DNA of 64,000 bases from a cyanobacterium endosymbiont of Rhopalodia gibba (GTDB lineage: Bacteria; Cyanobacteriota; Cyanobacteriia; Cyanobacteriales; Microcystaceae), in NCBI GenBank assembly GCA_045159875.1, contig CP067995.1:2656001-2720000 (forward strand), read 5' to 3'. The notes below the pieces were generated by a model. The model was not told where the DNA came from. It ran no database searches and was given only the letters and a program-made list of their open reading frames with translations. Below, one piece after another: positions 48,719-59,791 of this stretch. Within the stretch, counting starts at the first letter, position 1. Each line of letters opens with the position of its first letter. Position numbers and translations under genes: made by a program.

Positions 48719-48860
48719 CTTAGTAGCCTTCTTGTAGACATTGATAGTCAAGTCTAGACTAACTTTTGGAAAAAAGTAAAACTATGTAGTTGTTGAAAGT
48801 TATTATTTTAATTTCATCCGCTCAATGTCCTTTTTTTAGGATTTACCTTTTGCTTTAGTT

Positions 48861-49260
48861 ATGGCTGTCTATTAACAAAGACGACAAACCCTTTGTTAGG
48901 CTATTTAAAATTTGCCTGGGTTAGCTTATGTACCTTGTTTAGGGTAGAATAAGAACAGCTATTTTAGCCTACACAAAATTTATCTCAGAACCAATATCAA
49001 AAATGCTAGTTTGAGGTTAACTTTCTGTGCAGAAAGAGTAACTTCTACTCATGCTATTGCCGATAGAAAAAAGAATTACGGACAATTGCTATTGCTTCTG
49101 TTTATGTAAAAAATACTGAGTATCTCTCTCCTGTCGTAACACTCTAGTACTTGTCGCCAATGAATTGCTGAATTGTCCCGAGAAGCAGAGATCATTGTTA
49201 GTAATGGTAGTCAGGGGTTGAAAAAAAATAATTTACTTCCTTTTTTATTCAATCTAGATT
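48861..49260 (+). pseudogene. cdd: Decayed cytidine deaminase
   Basis: LAYVP, TNIKNASLRLTFCAER (48993-49037; cf. NVENASYGLTxCAER) and TCRQ*IAEL (cf. PCGACRQxxxE), with stops and frameshifts. Confidence 0.75.
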
Positions 49261-49624
49261 ACTCGATTGTTTTACATAAAAATATTTTTTTATTTAGACA
49301 AAAATCATACTTAGATAGATAAAAGAAAAGACAGCATAAAGCAAATTAAACAATAGATTTTATAATTACTTTTGTTAAATATTTATGGACAAAGTAGATT
49401 CATCATAATCAACACTCCTGTAAAAAAATATTTGTTATTGCTAAGAGCAGCGATTAAGTTTACAATCACAATGTTTATTGTATAAAATTTAAATAAGATA
49501 TTTTAACTTAATTTAATGTTCTTGTAAAATAGAAAGCGCAAAAATTATCTTTGTAAGTGAAAAAATACTTTTTTGATTCGTCAATTATTGTTTGCACAAT
49601 ATTTTCTAAAAAAATCAACCAAAA

Positions 49625-50668
49625 TCATCCTAAAAACTTAACTAAAGCTTCTAATTTTTCCCAAGCAGCTCCACTCCTTAAAATCTCTTTAGTCTTTGTA
49701 ATTCCTAGATTATGCTGTTCCCAAGGAGTGATTCCTCCCACTTGTAAAGCTAAAGAAGCATTCAACGCTACTACCTCTTCTTGGGCAACAGTTCCTTTCC
49801 CCTGTAAAACATTCTTTAAAATAGTGGCATTCTTTTCTACATCTCCTCCTTTCAACGCCGATAAAGGAGCAGAAGTCAATCCTAATTCTGAGGGAATTAC
49901 ATAACTGTAATCAAGAGTTTTATATCGTAATAAAGCTAAATCAGTAGCATCTTGTAACCCTGCTTCATCGAGTTTTTCCCGCCCATGTAAAATAATGGCT
50001 TTGGGCATTCCTAATTGATTTAATGCCTCTGCCATAGGTCCAATAAATTCGGAAGAATAGACTCCAATAACTTGTCCCGTAAGACGTAACGGATTAACCA
50101 ATGGACCTAATAAATTAAAAATAGTACGAACTTTTAAAGTCTTACGAAAAGAGGAAACATATTTCATTGCCGGATGCCACCCTGGGGCAAATAGAAATGT
50201 AACTCCTACTTCATTTAAAGCTTCTTCTACCTTTTCTGAAGGGGTACAAAGTTTAACTCCCAAATACTCTAAAACGTCAGCAGAACCTACCTTGCTTGAT
50301 GCTGATCGGTTGCCGTGTTTAGCTACTTTAACCCCGGCTGCTGCTGCTACAAACGCTACTGCAGTAGAAATATTAAAAGTAGAAGCCCCATCTCCTCCAG
50401 TCCCACAGGTATCAATTACGGGTTCTCCATTACTTACTTCAGTTCGATTTAAAGATTGGGACTGTAACACTTGCGCCATTCCTGCTAGTTCGCTCCCAGA
50501 AACTCCTTTAGCCTGAATTGCCGCTAAAATTGCCCCGGAAACTACAGGGGAAATGGCTTCTGATATCCATCCCTTCATTAATTCGGAAGCTTGAGATTGA
50601 GATAAAGACTCTTTGTCAAGAAGTTGTTGTAGAAGTTCAGTCCAGAGATTAGGAGAGTCTTGAATCAC
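49625..50668 (-). CDS. trpD: Anthranilate phosphoribosyltransferase
   Basis: [48 protein letters not shown]. Confidence 0.96.
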   Translation of the reverse strand: MIQDSPNLWTELLQQLLDKESLSQSQASELMKGWISEAISPVVSGAILAAIQAKGVSGSELAGMAQVLQSQSLNRTEVSNGEPVIDTCGTGGDGASTFNISTAVAFVAAAAGVKVAKHGNRSASSKVGSADVLEYLGVKLCTPSEKVEEALNEVGVTFLFAPGWHPAMKYVSSFRKTLKVRTIFNLLGPLVNPLRLTGQVIGVYSSEFIGPMAEALNQLGMPKAIILHGREKLDEAGLQDATDLALLRYKTLDYSYVIPSELGLTSAPLSALKGGDVEKNATILKNVLQGKGTVAQEEVVALNASLALQVGGITPWEQHNLGITKTKEILRSGAAWEKLEALVKFLG

Positions 50669-51224
50669 TTTTTTAAACTTTGCTTATTTAGTAAAGGTCT
50701 AGACTACCACAATATATTCTACATTTCTCTATGTCCCCCACTCATTACGGCTGTCGAAGATAGAAGAAGGCAGAATTAAAAATTGATACTTAATTGTGGC
50801 CATTTTTCTACATTTTTAGCCATGAACAACTCTACTTTAATAGTTCTTAACATTTTGTTTCATAGGTTGCATTTATTTTTTGCTAATTTAGGTAATCTAT
50901 CCTGATAAATATATTTTCTTGAAAAAGGCTAGACTGACTTAATAAGGTGTAAACCTTACAAAAGTTAACAAAGCAATGTAACCTTATTAAGGAACAAAAA
51001 GTGTAAATACTGACTCTCAACCCATAACTTTTCAATTTGTTAAGACATTACCTCGAATGGTCGTCGGTTCTAAATCTAAATACCAAATACCATAGGCGAA
51101 AGCCATGAATAAAACAGAAAACCATAATCTAATTCAATAAGATTTCCTCAGTTACTCTTATAAAATCAGAAAATATTTCATATAACCTTACAATTACCCT
51201 GAAACTGCTACTGGACTACACATT

Positions 51225-52181
51225 ATGAAAATTTCCACAACTTCTCCCGATCCTGTTCGTGCCTATCTAAGAGAAATCGGTCGTGTTCCTTTACTGACTC
51301 ATGAGGAAGAAATTCTTTATGCTAAGCGAGTACAGCGATTGGTTAGTCTAGAGAACATACAAGAATCTTTAACTGAAGAACTGGGACAAGAACCCACCAC
51401 AGCTCAGTGGGCGAAAACGGCTAGAATCACTCAGAAGGAACTTCGCTCAGTTATTGCGGCTGGAGAAGCAGCTAAGCGTAAAATGGTTGAGGCTAATCTT
51501 CGCTTAGTCGTATCAGTGGCTAAAAAATACCTTAAGCGCAATTTAGATCTTCTAGACTTGATTCAAGAAGGAACCATTGGGATGCAACGTGGAGTAGAGA
51601 AATTTGATCCCACTAAAGGGTATCGTTTTTCAACCTATGCTTATTGGTGGATTCGTCAAGCTATTACCCGTGCGATCGCTGAAAAAAGTCGTACCATTCG
51701 TTTACCGATTCACATCACCGAAAAACTCAATAAAATTAAGAAAGCACAACGGCAACTTGCCCAGGAAAAAGGCCGTGCCGCAACCATTCAAGAACTAGCT
51801 GAAGAACTCGAGTTAACTTCCAAACAGGTTCGGGAATACCTGGAACGTGCTCGTCAACCCCTCTCTTTAGATCTGCGGGTGGGAGATAACCAAGACACCG
51901 AATTAGGAGATTTATTAGAGGATACCGGACCTTCTCCTGAAGATTATGCAACCTATTCCTCCTTGCAGTTGGATCTCGATAAACTAATGGAAGATCTCAC
52001 ACCACAACAAAAGGAAGTATTAGCTTTAAGATTTGGCCTTGCTGATGGCAAACCTCTGACATTGGCTAAAATTGGCACTATCCTCAATATTAGTCGTGAA
52101 CGAGTTAGACAAATTGAACGAGAAGCCTTAGCAAAACTCCGAAAACTTAAGGCTAATATTAGAGAATACTTGGCTAGCTAA
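51225..52181 (+). CDS. sigD: Group 2 RNA polymerase sigma factor, SigD type
   Basis: [39 protein letters not shown] and [12 protein letters not shown] are typical of cyanobacterial SigD. Confidence 0.85.
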   Translation: MKISTTSPDPVRAYLREIGRVPLLTHEEEILYAKRVQRLVSLENIQESLTEELGQEPTTAQWAKTARITQKELRSVIAAGEAAKRKMVEANLRLVVSVAKKYLKRNLDLLDLIQEGTIGMQRGVEKFDPTKGYRFSTYAYWWIRQAITRAIAEKSRTIRLPIHITEKLNKIKKAQRQLAQEKGRAATIQELAEELELTSKQVREYLERARQPLSLDLRVGDNQDTELGDLLEDTGPSPEDYATYSSLQLDLDKLMEDLTPQQKEVLALRFGLADGKPLTLAKIGTILNISRERVRQIEREALAKLRKLKANIREYLAS

Positions 52182-52349
52182 GTATTCTCCAAGGTTAAGA
52201 GGTTAGAGAATACAGAACAACAGTTCGGTTTTACTGACCTCAAGATAACAAGTAAACTTGTTAAAGTAAAACATGAAGGTTATCGATACCATCCCATTAG
52301 TTATGGTTGATAACCCCCTGATTTAGGTAGAATCTATAGGAGAGCAGTA

Positions 52350-52688
52350 GTGACTAATAACTTTAAATATTCTCGGCGTTTCTCTGATAATGAGGAAGAA
52401 AATGGAGAGAGTTTGTGGGGATATATTCAATCTTTGAGTCCAGAAACTATTGCCCGATTGTCAAAGCCAGACTCTTCTGAAGTATTCCAATTTATGGAAC
52501 AGAATATTATTGGTTTGTTAGGAAATCTTTCATCCGAACACTTTGATATTACCGTGAATACCAGTCGAGAAGATTTGGGACGTTTATTAGCTTCTGCTAT
52601 GATGAGTGGTTATTTTTTACGAAATGTAGAACAACGAATGGGGTTTGAAAAATCTTTGCGATCAATAAATAAAACAACGAAACTGTGA
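52350..52688 (+). CDS. DUF760 family protein
   Basis: LWGYIQSLSPETIARLSKP...SREDLGRLLASAMMSGYFLR. Confidence 0.85.
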   Translation: MTNNFKYSRRFSDNEEENGESLWGYIQSLSPETIARLSKPDSSEVFQFMEQNIIGLLGNLSSEHFDITVNTSREDLGRLLASAMMSGYFLRNVEQRMGFEKSLRSINKTTKL

Positions 52689-52792
52689 GCGATCAAGTTG
52701 CTTAACCGTTCCTTGGCAATAAATCAATAGGAGAAGTTCTATGGGAAAAATCTAATTGATTAAATCGTTGCTATCTTTGCTTTTAAGAAATT

Positions 52793-53447
52793 ATGACTAA
52801 TGAATTAGGAGTTGATTTCCTTTTAGCCTAAGATAATTGCTATTGTCTTGGTATCAATACGAGAGTCGAGGTTTACATTGACGAAACGTTCAGAGTCTCT
52901 ATATTGTATGGGTATCGGAGGCTATGCTACAACAGACTCGGAGGAAAATAAGCATCCTTTACTATTAACAATAGTTACAATCGTTTCCAATTATTGAGAC
53001 TTCAAACTAAGCTAACTTACAAACTGTTCTCAAAGTTTGGGCAAGATTAGGATGTTATGTAGACACTCGCAATCTTCATAGGCTGTAGAGGGCTATCATA
53101 ACAAAAAAATCTTGGAGGTTGATTGAAAACTCCAAGATTTTCTTAAATTATCAGAAATTGAATAAACTACTATTGAAGGAATTCTCAGTTCAGCCTCTAG
53201 AGCAACCTGTTTTTAGCATTAATAGAAACTTTAAGCAAGTATTACCAAAGATCAACTGCTTTGCGTGATTCTCCTAAAAAAGCGATACGTTACTCTGTAC
53301 TGTAACAAGTGTCAGACAGTTTACTTGATCAAAAAATCCTAAGAAATTTAATCAAGGATAGACTTGGGGGCGATTCTTTGTCCTTGAACTCATCCAAAAT
53401 GTTTGCTATGTCCCTGGTGATTACAAAGAACTAAAAATCAACTTTCC
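52793..53447 (+). pseudogene. mutY: Decayed N-terminal A/G-specific adenine glycosylase domain of mutY
   Basis: LLSWY, WVSEAMLQQT (52909-52938), VLKVWARLGCYVDTRNLH, TTIEGILSSA and DLGAILCP*THPKCLLCPW (53361-53417), with many stops and frameshifts. Confidence 0.85.
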
Positions 53448-53885
53448 ATGTGTGAGAACTCTAATCCTTTACCCCACCAAAAAATAGGCGTTGCTGTCAT
53501 CTATAATGAGGATGGACAAATTTTAATTGATCGTCGTCTTCAAAAAGGATTACTTGGTGGTTTGTGGGAATTTCCAGGGGGAAAATTTGAACCCAATGAA
53601 ACTGTTGAAGATTGTATTAAACGGGAGATTTTAGAAGAAATTGATATTAAGATAGGAATAGAAGAACATCTTATTACATTGGATCATGCTTATACTAATT
53701 TTAAAGTTACTTTAATTGTTCACCGCTGTCGTTATTTAACAGGAGAACCTAAACCCATCAGATGTGAAAAAATTTGTTGGGTGACTTTAGATGAAATGAG
53801 TAATTTCTCTTTTCCAAAAGCTAATACTAAAATTATTAAATTATTGCAAAATCAGCAGCAAACAGAAAGAATTAGTATAGCTTGA
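53448..53885 (+). CDS. mutT: NUDIX hydrolase (MutT-like); the surviving C-terminal domain of the cyanobacterial MutY-NUDIX protein
   Basis: GLWEFPGGK and Nudix box GKFEPNETVEDCIKREILEE, HAYTNF, FPKAN. Open ORF directly continuing the mutY relic. Confidence 0.75.
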   Translation: MCENSNPLPHQKIGVAVIYNEDGQILIDRRLQKGLLGGLWEFPGGKFEPNETVEDCIKREILEEIDIKIGIEEHLITLDHAYTNFKVTLIVHRCRYLTGEPKPIRCEKICWVTLDEMSNFSFPKANTKIIKLLQNQQQTERISIA

Positions 53886-54249
53886 GTAAGCAATTTGTTG
53901 GTTTAGCCTAACTCTTCAGAGTTTAAGTTCATTCTTTGCAAAAGTCTGGCGCAACTGACACTCTAAAAGCTTAATTACAAACGCATCATTGGCAGTACCG
54001 TCAGGAGCAAGTAAATTTTTATCGGAGTTAGAGTCAGAACGAGTACCCAAGAAATCTAAAGATAAATTTGGCATACAAAACACTAGAAGCTGAAAATATA
54101 AACTATACTTGAGCCAACTCCAGAAAATCGACAATAAATAATAACTTTTACTAAAATTAGCATAGCATAGAATTATCTCTCACACAATCTTCGTTGCTAT
54201 TGAAAGACTTAATGCTGTTCTTCTTCATGAAGAATTTTTAAATTTAAAT

Positions 54250-55446
54250 TTATTTTACAGACATAATTTGATCGCCTTTGGCTACTTCTTGGAAAGCTTG
54301 AACTACTGCTTGTCTAGCCCAGCGATCAGTTTCTAAAATTTCTTCTAAAGTCGGTGTTAAAGTATTTTGATTCGTAAAGCGACCACAAACAATCTCAATT
54401 AATTTGGGAATATCAAGAAAGGTAATTTTTTTTTCCAAAAAGAAAGCTACTGCTTGCTCGTTAGCTGCATTCAATACTGCTGGCATTACCCCCCCTGCTC
54501 TTCCGGCGGCATAGGCCAACTGTATACAGGGATATTTTTGATGATCCGGTTCCCAGAAGGTTAAACTACCGGCCTTAACTAAATCAAGTTGTTTCCAATC
54601 AGTATAAATTCGTTCAGGCCAGGATAAACTATACAATAAGGGGAGACACATATTAGGCCATCCTAACTGAGCTAACACTGAGGTATCTTGTAATTCAACT
54701 AAGGAATGAATAATACTTTGTGGGTGAATCACGATGTCGATGTTTTCGTAATCTAACCCAAACAAATAATGAGCTTCAATGACTTCTAACCCTTTATTCA
54801 TCAGGGTTGCTGAGTCTACCGTGATTTTACGTCCCATTGACCAATTTGGATGTTTTATGGCATCGTCAACGGTGACAAGGTGTAATTGTTCTACCGGCCA
54901 GTTTAGAAAAGCTCCCCCAGAAGCCGTTAAAGTAATGCGGCGCAATCCTTCGGGAGGAACCCCTTGTAAACATTGGAAAATAGCAGAATGTTCTGAGTCT
55001 GCAGGAAGTAATTTAACCCCATGTTTTTCTACTAAAGGAAGTACTACTGGTCCCCCCGCAATTAACGTCTCTTTGTTAGCTAAGGCGATATCTTTCCCCG
55101 CTTCAATGGCTGCTATTGTGGGCAACAAACCTGCACAGCCTACGATTCCAGTGACGACACTTTCTGAGTCTCCGTAACGGGCTACCTCCGTAACCCCGAC
55201 TTCTCCAGCAAGCAGGATAGGAGAATAGTCGAGAGAAGCAATAGTTTCTTTGAGGATCTCTAATTTACTTTCGTTACAAATAGCGACAATTTCTGGTCGA
55301 AATTTCCTAATTTGCTGCGCTAACAGCTGGCCATTATTGTTTGCAGCTAACCCCACAACTTGAAATTGTTCAGGGTATTCGCTAACAATATTCAGGGTTT
55401 GCGTACCAATAGAACCAGTGGAACCAAGGATGGAGATTTTCTTCAC
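54250..55446 (-). CDS. dxr: 1-deoxy-D-xylulose 5-phosphate reductoisomerase
   Basis: [51 protein letters not shown]. Confidence 0.97.
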   Translation of the reverse strand: MKKISILGSTGSIGTQTLNIVSEYPEQFQVVGLAANNNGQLLAQQIRKFRPEIVAICNESKLEILKETIASLDYSPILLAGEVGVTEVARYGDSESVVTGIVGCAGLLPTIAAIEAGKDIALANKETLIAGGPVVLPLVEKHGVKLLPADSEHSAIFQCLQGVPPEGLRRITLTASGGAFLNWPVEQLHLVTVDDAIKHPNWSMGRKITVDSATLMNKGLEVIEAHYLFGLDYENIDIVIHPQSIIHSLVELQDTSVLAQLGWPNMCLPLLYSLSWPERIYTDWKQLDLVKAGSLTFWEPDHQKYPCIQLAYAAGRAGGVMPAVLNAANEQAVAFFLEKKITFLDIPKLIEIVCGRFTNQNTLTPTLEEILETDRWARQAVVQAFQEVAKGDQIMSVK

Positions 55447-55552
55447 GATGCCTAAGAATTAACGAAAATGTCGGGAGAAGTCCCTACCCCAAAATACCAT
55501 GAAGAATCCTCATATTTTGAGTAGTGATGAATTTTTGACCTAGAGTTGTGCA

Positions 55553-56075
55553 TTAACGACAGTCTAAACTATTTCGTGCACTTACTCCAGTAGAGAGGGT
55601 TAACTCCATCAGCTATCTCATCACACATCAAGGAAACTGAATAGCTATCAATCACCAAATCGGTCAAACCAACCCCTGTAATAATCGCACCATACATAAC
55701 AGAGCGGGTGCGACTAGTAATCGTATCAACTCAAATGGCATTGGTTTAAGTCAGCAAAACCCCAATTTACGTGCTCAAGAAGTTTATCAGATTTATTCTT
55801 TGTAAATTCGCTTTGAGCGTCACTCCTTGAATTAAAATCTCATCAAAATAGATTTGACGCTTCAAAATCGGTCTGCCGCATATTGCCCGCCGCAAACACG
55901 CCTCTTCTAAAATATTTATCGAAGAAGTCTTGACCCTACAATTCGGAAAACATATAGTTTTATTTTGTCTCTGGCTAAAGCTAGATAAGCATCTAATAGC
56001 ACCAATAAATTAGTTAGTGACAACAGCCTGACTTCCCCTGATATTAGGCGACAGCAAACTCTAAACTTGTTTCAT
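55553..56075 (-). pseudogene. Decayed secreted/lumenal pentapeptide-repeat protein
   Basis: Fragments GVFAAGNMRQTDFEASNL, FAD, AIITGVGLTDLVIDSYSVSLMC...ADGVNP...SARNSLDCR* resemble lumenal pentapeptide proteins ending in C...GVNPxTGxxTRxSLGC. Confidence 0.72.
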
Positions 56076-56094
56076 AGACTACTCTATAATTGAA

Positions 56095-57606
56095 CTACTC
56101 GCTAGTTTGGATAAAACTATCCTCTAACACTAAATTCTTGGCATCAAGACCGATTCGTAAGGTTATTTGGGAATCTAAATCCCCTGTAGAAGATGCCTCT
56201 ACTCTACCTAGTTCCAGAAGAGTTTGTAACTGTTGGGCAGCTCTTAGATCTCCTTTCTGCACGACAATCTCTGTCTCACCCAGAAGTCGAGGCGAGTCTT
56301 TAATCAGATAGACGTTATGAAAGTCATGATCTGCCAAATATTCCATCATCCGTTTTCCTCCCTCGGGATCATCGGTTGCATTTTGTAAGGCAATTCTGAC
56401 TCGGTTCGAAGAACGATGGCGTAGAGGTTTCCATTCAGAGGTAACATCAAAGTATTCTTCCATAATTTGATCAATCCCCCCTGAGGAAAGAACCCAATAG
56501 CTACGAGAATCAAATTCGTCTTTCTGACTAAACCGTCCAGGTAACATCACCATTTGAAGGTTTTTACCTTCTACTTTCCGCCCAAAATTGGCTAAGGTCA
56601 ACATTTCTTCCCAGCTGAGATTAGTATCTATACTCTGTTCAAGAAGACTAATTGCTTTAGGAATTTGGGGCAAAATAGTGGGGGTGTATAGCCGTTTTAG
56701 TAAAGCTTTTAGTAATATTTGTTGTCGTTGTACCCGTCCAATATCCCCATAACTATCTTTGCGAAAACGAGCAAAGTGTTCTGCTTGTTCCCCACTGAGA
56801 ATTCGCTGTCCTGCTTCAAGGTCAATTTTCAAATTCTGAGTTTTGTCTTCATATTTCATGGGATGAGAAACAAAGACCTCCACACCACCTACCAAGTTCA
56901 CTAATTTTATAAAAATATCGGTAGTAACCCGAACATAGCGATCAATAGGGACATCATTCAGCGTTTTACTCAAAACCCTGGCAGTCAAAGCTGGACCCCT
57001 ATAAATGTTAGCATCATTAACCTTGGTGTATCCTACCCCTGGGATATTAACTCTGCTGTCCCTGGGAATGGAGAGTATTTTTACTGAATAATCGCTGGGA
57101 TCAAAGCGTAATATTAAAATTGTGTCACTACGCCCTCCAAAAGCATCCAAACTTCCTGGTGGGGCATCAGGAACTCGATCAATTCCCAAGACTAAAATAT
57201 TGACAGGACGAGATAATCGATATTGTAAGACTACCCCCTCTTCTTTTTGTTCGGGTTTAGGTATTAAGGCAGATGGAGTGTCAGTTTCAGCGTTAAGGAT
57301 TTTTTGTTCCCAAGGAAGTTGTATCTGCTCAATAAAAGGAATTAACCTTTCTGATAAAGGACTGAAGAGACTAATGGTCGCCCCAACAGTAGCGGATAGT
57401 GCAGCTGTACAACTAAATGTGATCCCCCATAACAATCCACGATAAAAAGGGATAAGTCCTTTTGAACGGAGACTTTTAGTAGGAATCTTGGTTGGAGAGG
57501 TATTTCTTGACTTATAGAGATATTTACCAGATTTAAGAAATTTTCTAGGAACTGGTGTTTGTTGAAGACTAGTTATTGTGGACATTCTTTCAAAACTATC
57601 GGTCAT
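56095..57606 (-). CDS. LCP (LytR-CpsA-Psr) family protein with C-terminal LytR_C domain
   Basis: NILVLGID, RSDT, SIPRD, KVN, ARFR, GDIGRVQRQQ; C-terminal LQNAT...ITLRIG. Confidence 0.9.
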   Translation of the reverse strand: MTDSFERMSTITSLQQTPVPRKFLKSGKYLYKSRNTSPTKIPTKSLRSKGLIPFYRGLLWGITFSCTAALSATVGATISLFSPLSERLIPFIEQIQLPWEQKILNAETDTPSALIPKPEQKEEGVVLQYRLSRPVNILVLGIDRVPDAPPGSLDAFGGRSDTILILRFDPSDYSVKILSIPRDSRVNIPGVGYTKVNDANIYRGPALTARVLSKTLNDVPIDRYVRVTTDIFIKLVNLVGGVEVFVSHPMKYEDKTQNLKIDLEAGQRILSGEQAEHFARFRKDSYGDIGRVQRQQILLKALLKRLYTPTILPQIPKAISLLEQSIDTNLSWEEMLTLANFGRKVEGKNLQMVMLPGRFSQKDEFDSRSYWVLSSGGIDQIMEEYFDVTSEWKPLRHRSSNRVRIALQNATDDPEGGKRMMEYLADHDFHNVYLIKDSPRLLGETEIVVQKGDLRAAQQLQTLLELGRVEASSTGDLDSQITLRIGLDAKNLVLEDSFIQTSE

Positions 57607-58143
57607 GTTTACCTCATCACCATAAACCGCCCTTTGATGACATTAAACTTGCGAAACAATTGTCTGTCGTCACTATCATGGATGTTAGTTTCTGGGTAAA
57701 AGTTCCTTTTTCTTTAATGATTTTCAGTATTGTTACTCTATTTATTTTTTCCTCTTAATCCCTGTTACCGTTTAGCTTGTCTCGTACTTTTTCTTACTGA
57801 CTTAGGTTAGCTGACCCTAATCTATTCCCAATATTAGGATTCTAAGGCGAGTTTACCAAAATATTCCTCCTGCATATAACGAATGTCTTCTCTATGAGAG
57901 ATATATAATCTTCTCAATTTCTAATCCTTTCAGCAATCAGTACAATCTCTAAATTGTTGAGACGTTATCTGAACACCAATAAAGGGGGATCGTTTTGCTT
58001 TACCTTAACTAATTTCTTCGAGTCTCTGGTTTATAGATGGCATTGGCAAAAAATTAATATTCACTGTTGTCGAGATATTATATATCCAGCTTCGCTATTT
58101 CCAAATCCTAAGATACTCTCACTGTTTGTGCTTATTGTGTAAT

Positions 58144-58179
58144 AGTCCTCTCCATTTTCTAAACAAAATGGAGAGGACT
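58144..58179. repeat. 15-bp perfect inverted repeat upstream of rpsN
   Basis: AGTCCTCTCCATTTT-CTAAAC-AAAATGGAGAGGACT. Confidence 0.85.
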
Positions 58180-58260
58180 CCACTGAAATAAACACGTCCC
58201 GTCCTCACAATAATACGATATGATGAAAGGCGTTGTATTTAATGCTGAACAAAAAAACTT

Positions 58261-58563
58261 ATGGCTAAAAAATCGATGATTGAGCGGGAAAAAAAGCGCA
58301 CTCGCTTGGTAGAGAAATATGCAGAGAAGCGGGAAACTATCAAAGAAGAATTCCGCGTTGCTGAGACTTATGAAGAAAAGATGGAGCTTCATCGCAAACT
58401 TCAACGTCTCCCCCGCAACAGTGCACCTAATCGTCGTCGGAACCGTTGTATGGTAACAGGTCGTCCCAGGGCTTATTATAGAGATTTTGGTCTATCTCGT
58501 AATCTCCTACGGGAATGGGCACATGAAGGGTTATTACCTGGTGTTGTTAAGTCTAGCTGGTAA
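58261..58563 (+). CDS. rpsN: 30S ribosomal protein S14
   Basis: [13 protein letters not shown]...[18 protein letters not shown]...FGLSR...LPGVVKSSW. Confidence 0.98.
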   Translation: MAKKSMIEREKKRTRLVEKYAEKRETIKEEFRVAETYEEKMELHRKLQRLPRNSAPNRRRNRCMVTGRPRAYYRDFGLSRNLLREWAHEGLLPGVVKSSW

Positions 58564-59152
58564 TGATTTAGTGGATAGTCAATGGAATTAAGTGACCAGT
58601 TATTAGCGAATGATAATTGGTCATTGTTCGTCTGTCTTAAGACAAAGCAGCCCAGTCTCTTGAAACCTCCTTAGCTAAAAGTCTTGATTAAGGCTTTCAG
58701 TCCTGTCTACTATATTTATAGTTTATAGTCCTTGATCATAGATTTAACATTGCATTGAGTTTCTCTACACTGTTCTTAGCTAGTAGCTATGATTCGGTAG
58801 AATAGAATAAATATCAATAAAAAACTGTTCTCTTTGAGAGGTTTTTATTGTCGGAGACAACAGCAATTAATTCCTAAGCTCTCAATGATAGAATCACTCA
58901 CTACATTAGCTACAGCAGACTCGCTAAGAAATGTTTCTTGAAAGTTAAAAACTTGCATTTTCGTTACAATGGCAATGCTGGAAGAACTTAAGTCGTTTTT
59001 TCCTTCCGGTTACTTGTGAACAAGAATCTGGATTGCTTGTTGAGCTATATCGATTCGGAAATAAACTCTCGAGCAAGCTGAGTTTAAGATGGCAGGATAG
59101 TCGGACAAATAGGTCAGCGATCATAAAAATTTGTTAATAGCAAAAAACTGCA

Positions 59153-59767
59153 ATGGAGTTTGCTGAAGATACGAACTGTATTATAGAAGGATATGCTCAA
59201 GGTTATTTTGTAATGGCCGATGAGATGGGTGTGTTAGGTTGGTATTCAAGTCGTCAACGGGCTTTAATTCCTCTTGATGAACGTTTTCATTATCCGAAGT
59301 CTTTACGGCGAATTTTAAATCAAAAACGGTTTTCAGTAGAGATTAACCGAGATTTTTTAGGAGTTTGTCGAGGATGTGCTGAGCGAGAAACGACTTGGAT
59401 TTCACCCCAACTAATCAAGATCTACTACAACCTCTATCAACAGGGTTGGGCTTATAGTTTTGAAACCTGGCAAGGAAATGAGTTAGCTGGAGGAATTTTG
59501 GGGATTGCTATTCGGGGGGTATTTATTGGAGAATCGATGTTTTATCGGATTCCTGATGCTTCTAAAGTGGCAATGGTTAAGTTAGTAAAATATCTGAAAA
59601 AAAGAGATTTTGTATTGTTTGATGCTCAGTTACAAAATCCTCATCTCGAAAGATTTGGAGCTTATCAAGTTAGTGATAGAAAGTATAAGATTTTGTTGCA
59701 AAAAGCCTTAGCAAAAAACTGTATTTTTGGGAATGTTGGGCAACCACTTAATACTAAGTCACTTTGA
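59153..59767 (+). CDS. aat: Leucyl/phenylalanyl-tRNA--protein transferase
   Basis: YAQGYF, TWI, GWAYSFE, GESMF, ASKVAM, DAQLQNPHLERFGA. Confidence 0.93.
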   Translation: MEFAEDTNCIIEGYAQGYFVMADEMGVLGWYSSRQRALIPLDERFHYPKSLRRILNQKRFSVEINRDFLGVCRGCAERETTWISPQLIKIYYNLYQQGWAYSFETWQGNELAGGILGIAIRGVFIGESMFYRIPDASKVAMVKLVKYLKKRDFVLFDAQLQNPHLERFGAYQVSDRKYKILLQKALAKNCIFGNVGQPLNTKSL

Positions 59768-59791
59768 AAATTATGAGTCGATGATGGTTGA

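Noticed and set aside
51050..51130. Possible riboswitch in the sigD leader (GGC-GAAA-GCC hairpin)
   Set aside because: Only a 3-bp GNRA hairpin; no match to a riboswitch consensus that I can support.
6288..58142. Isolated 60-95 aa ORFs in AT-rich spacers (6288, 20500, 23185, 32861, 37219, 37723, 38689, 53916, 57954)
   Set aside because: Composition reflects AT-rich DNA or off-frame pieces of pseudogenes; no family similarity recognised.
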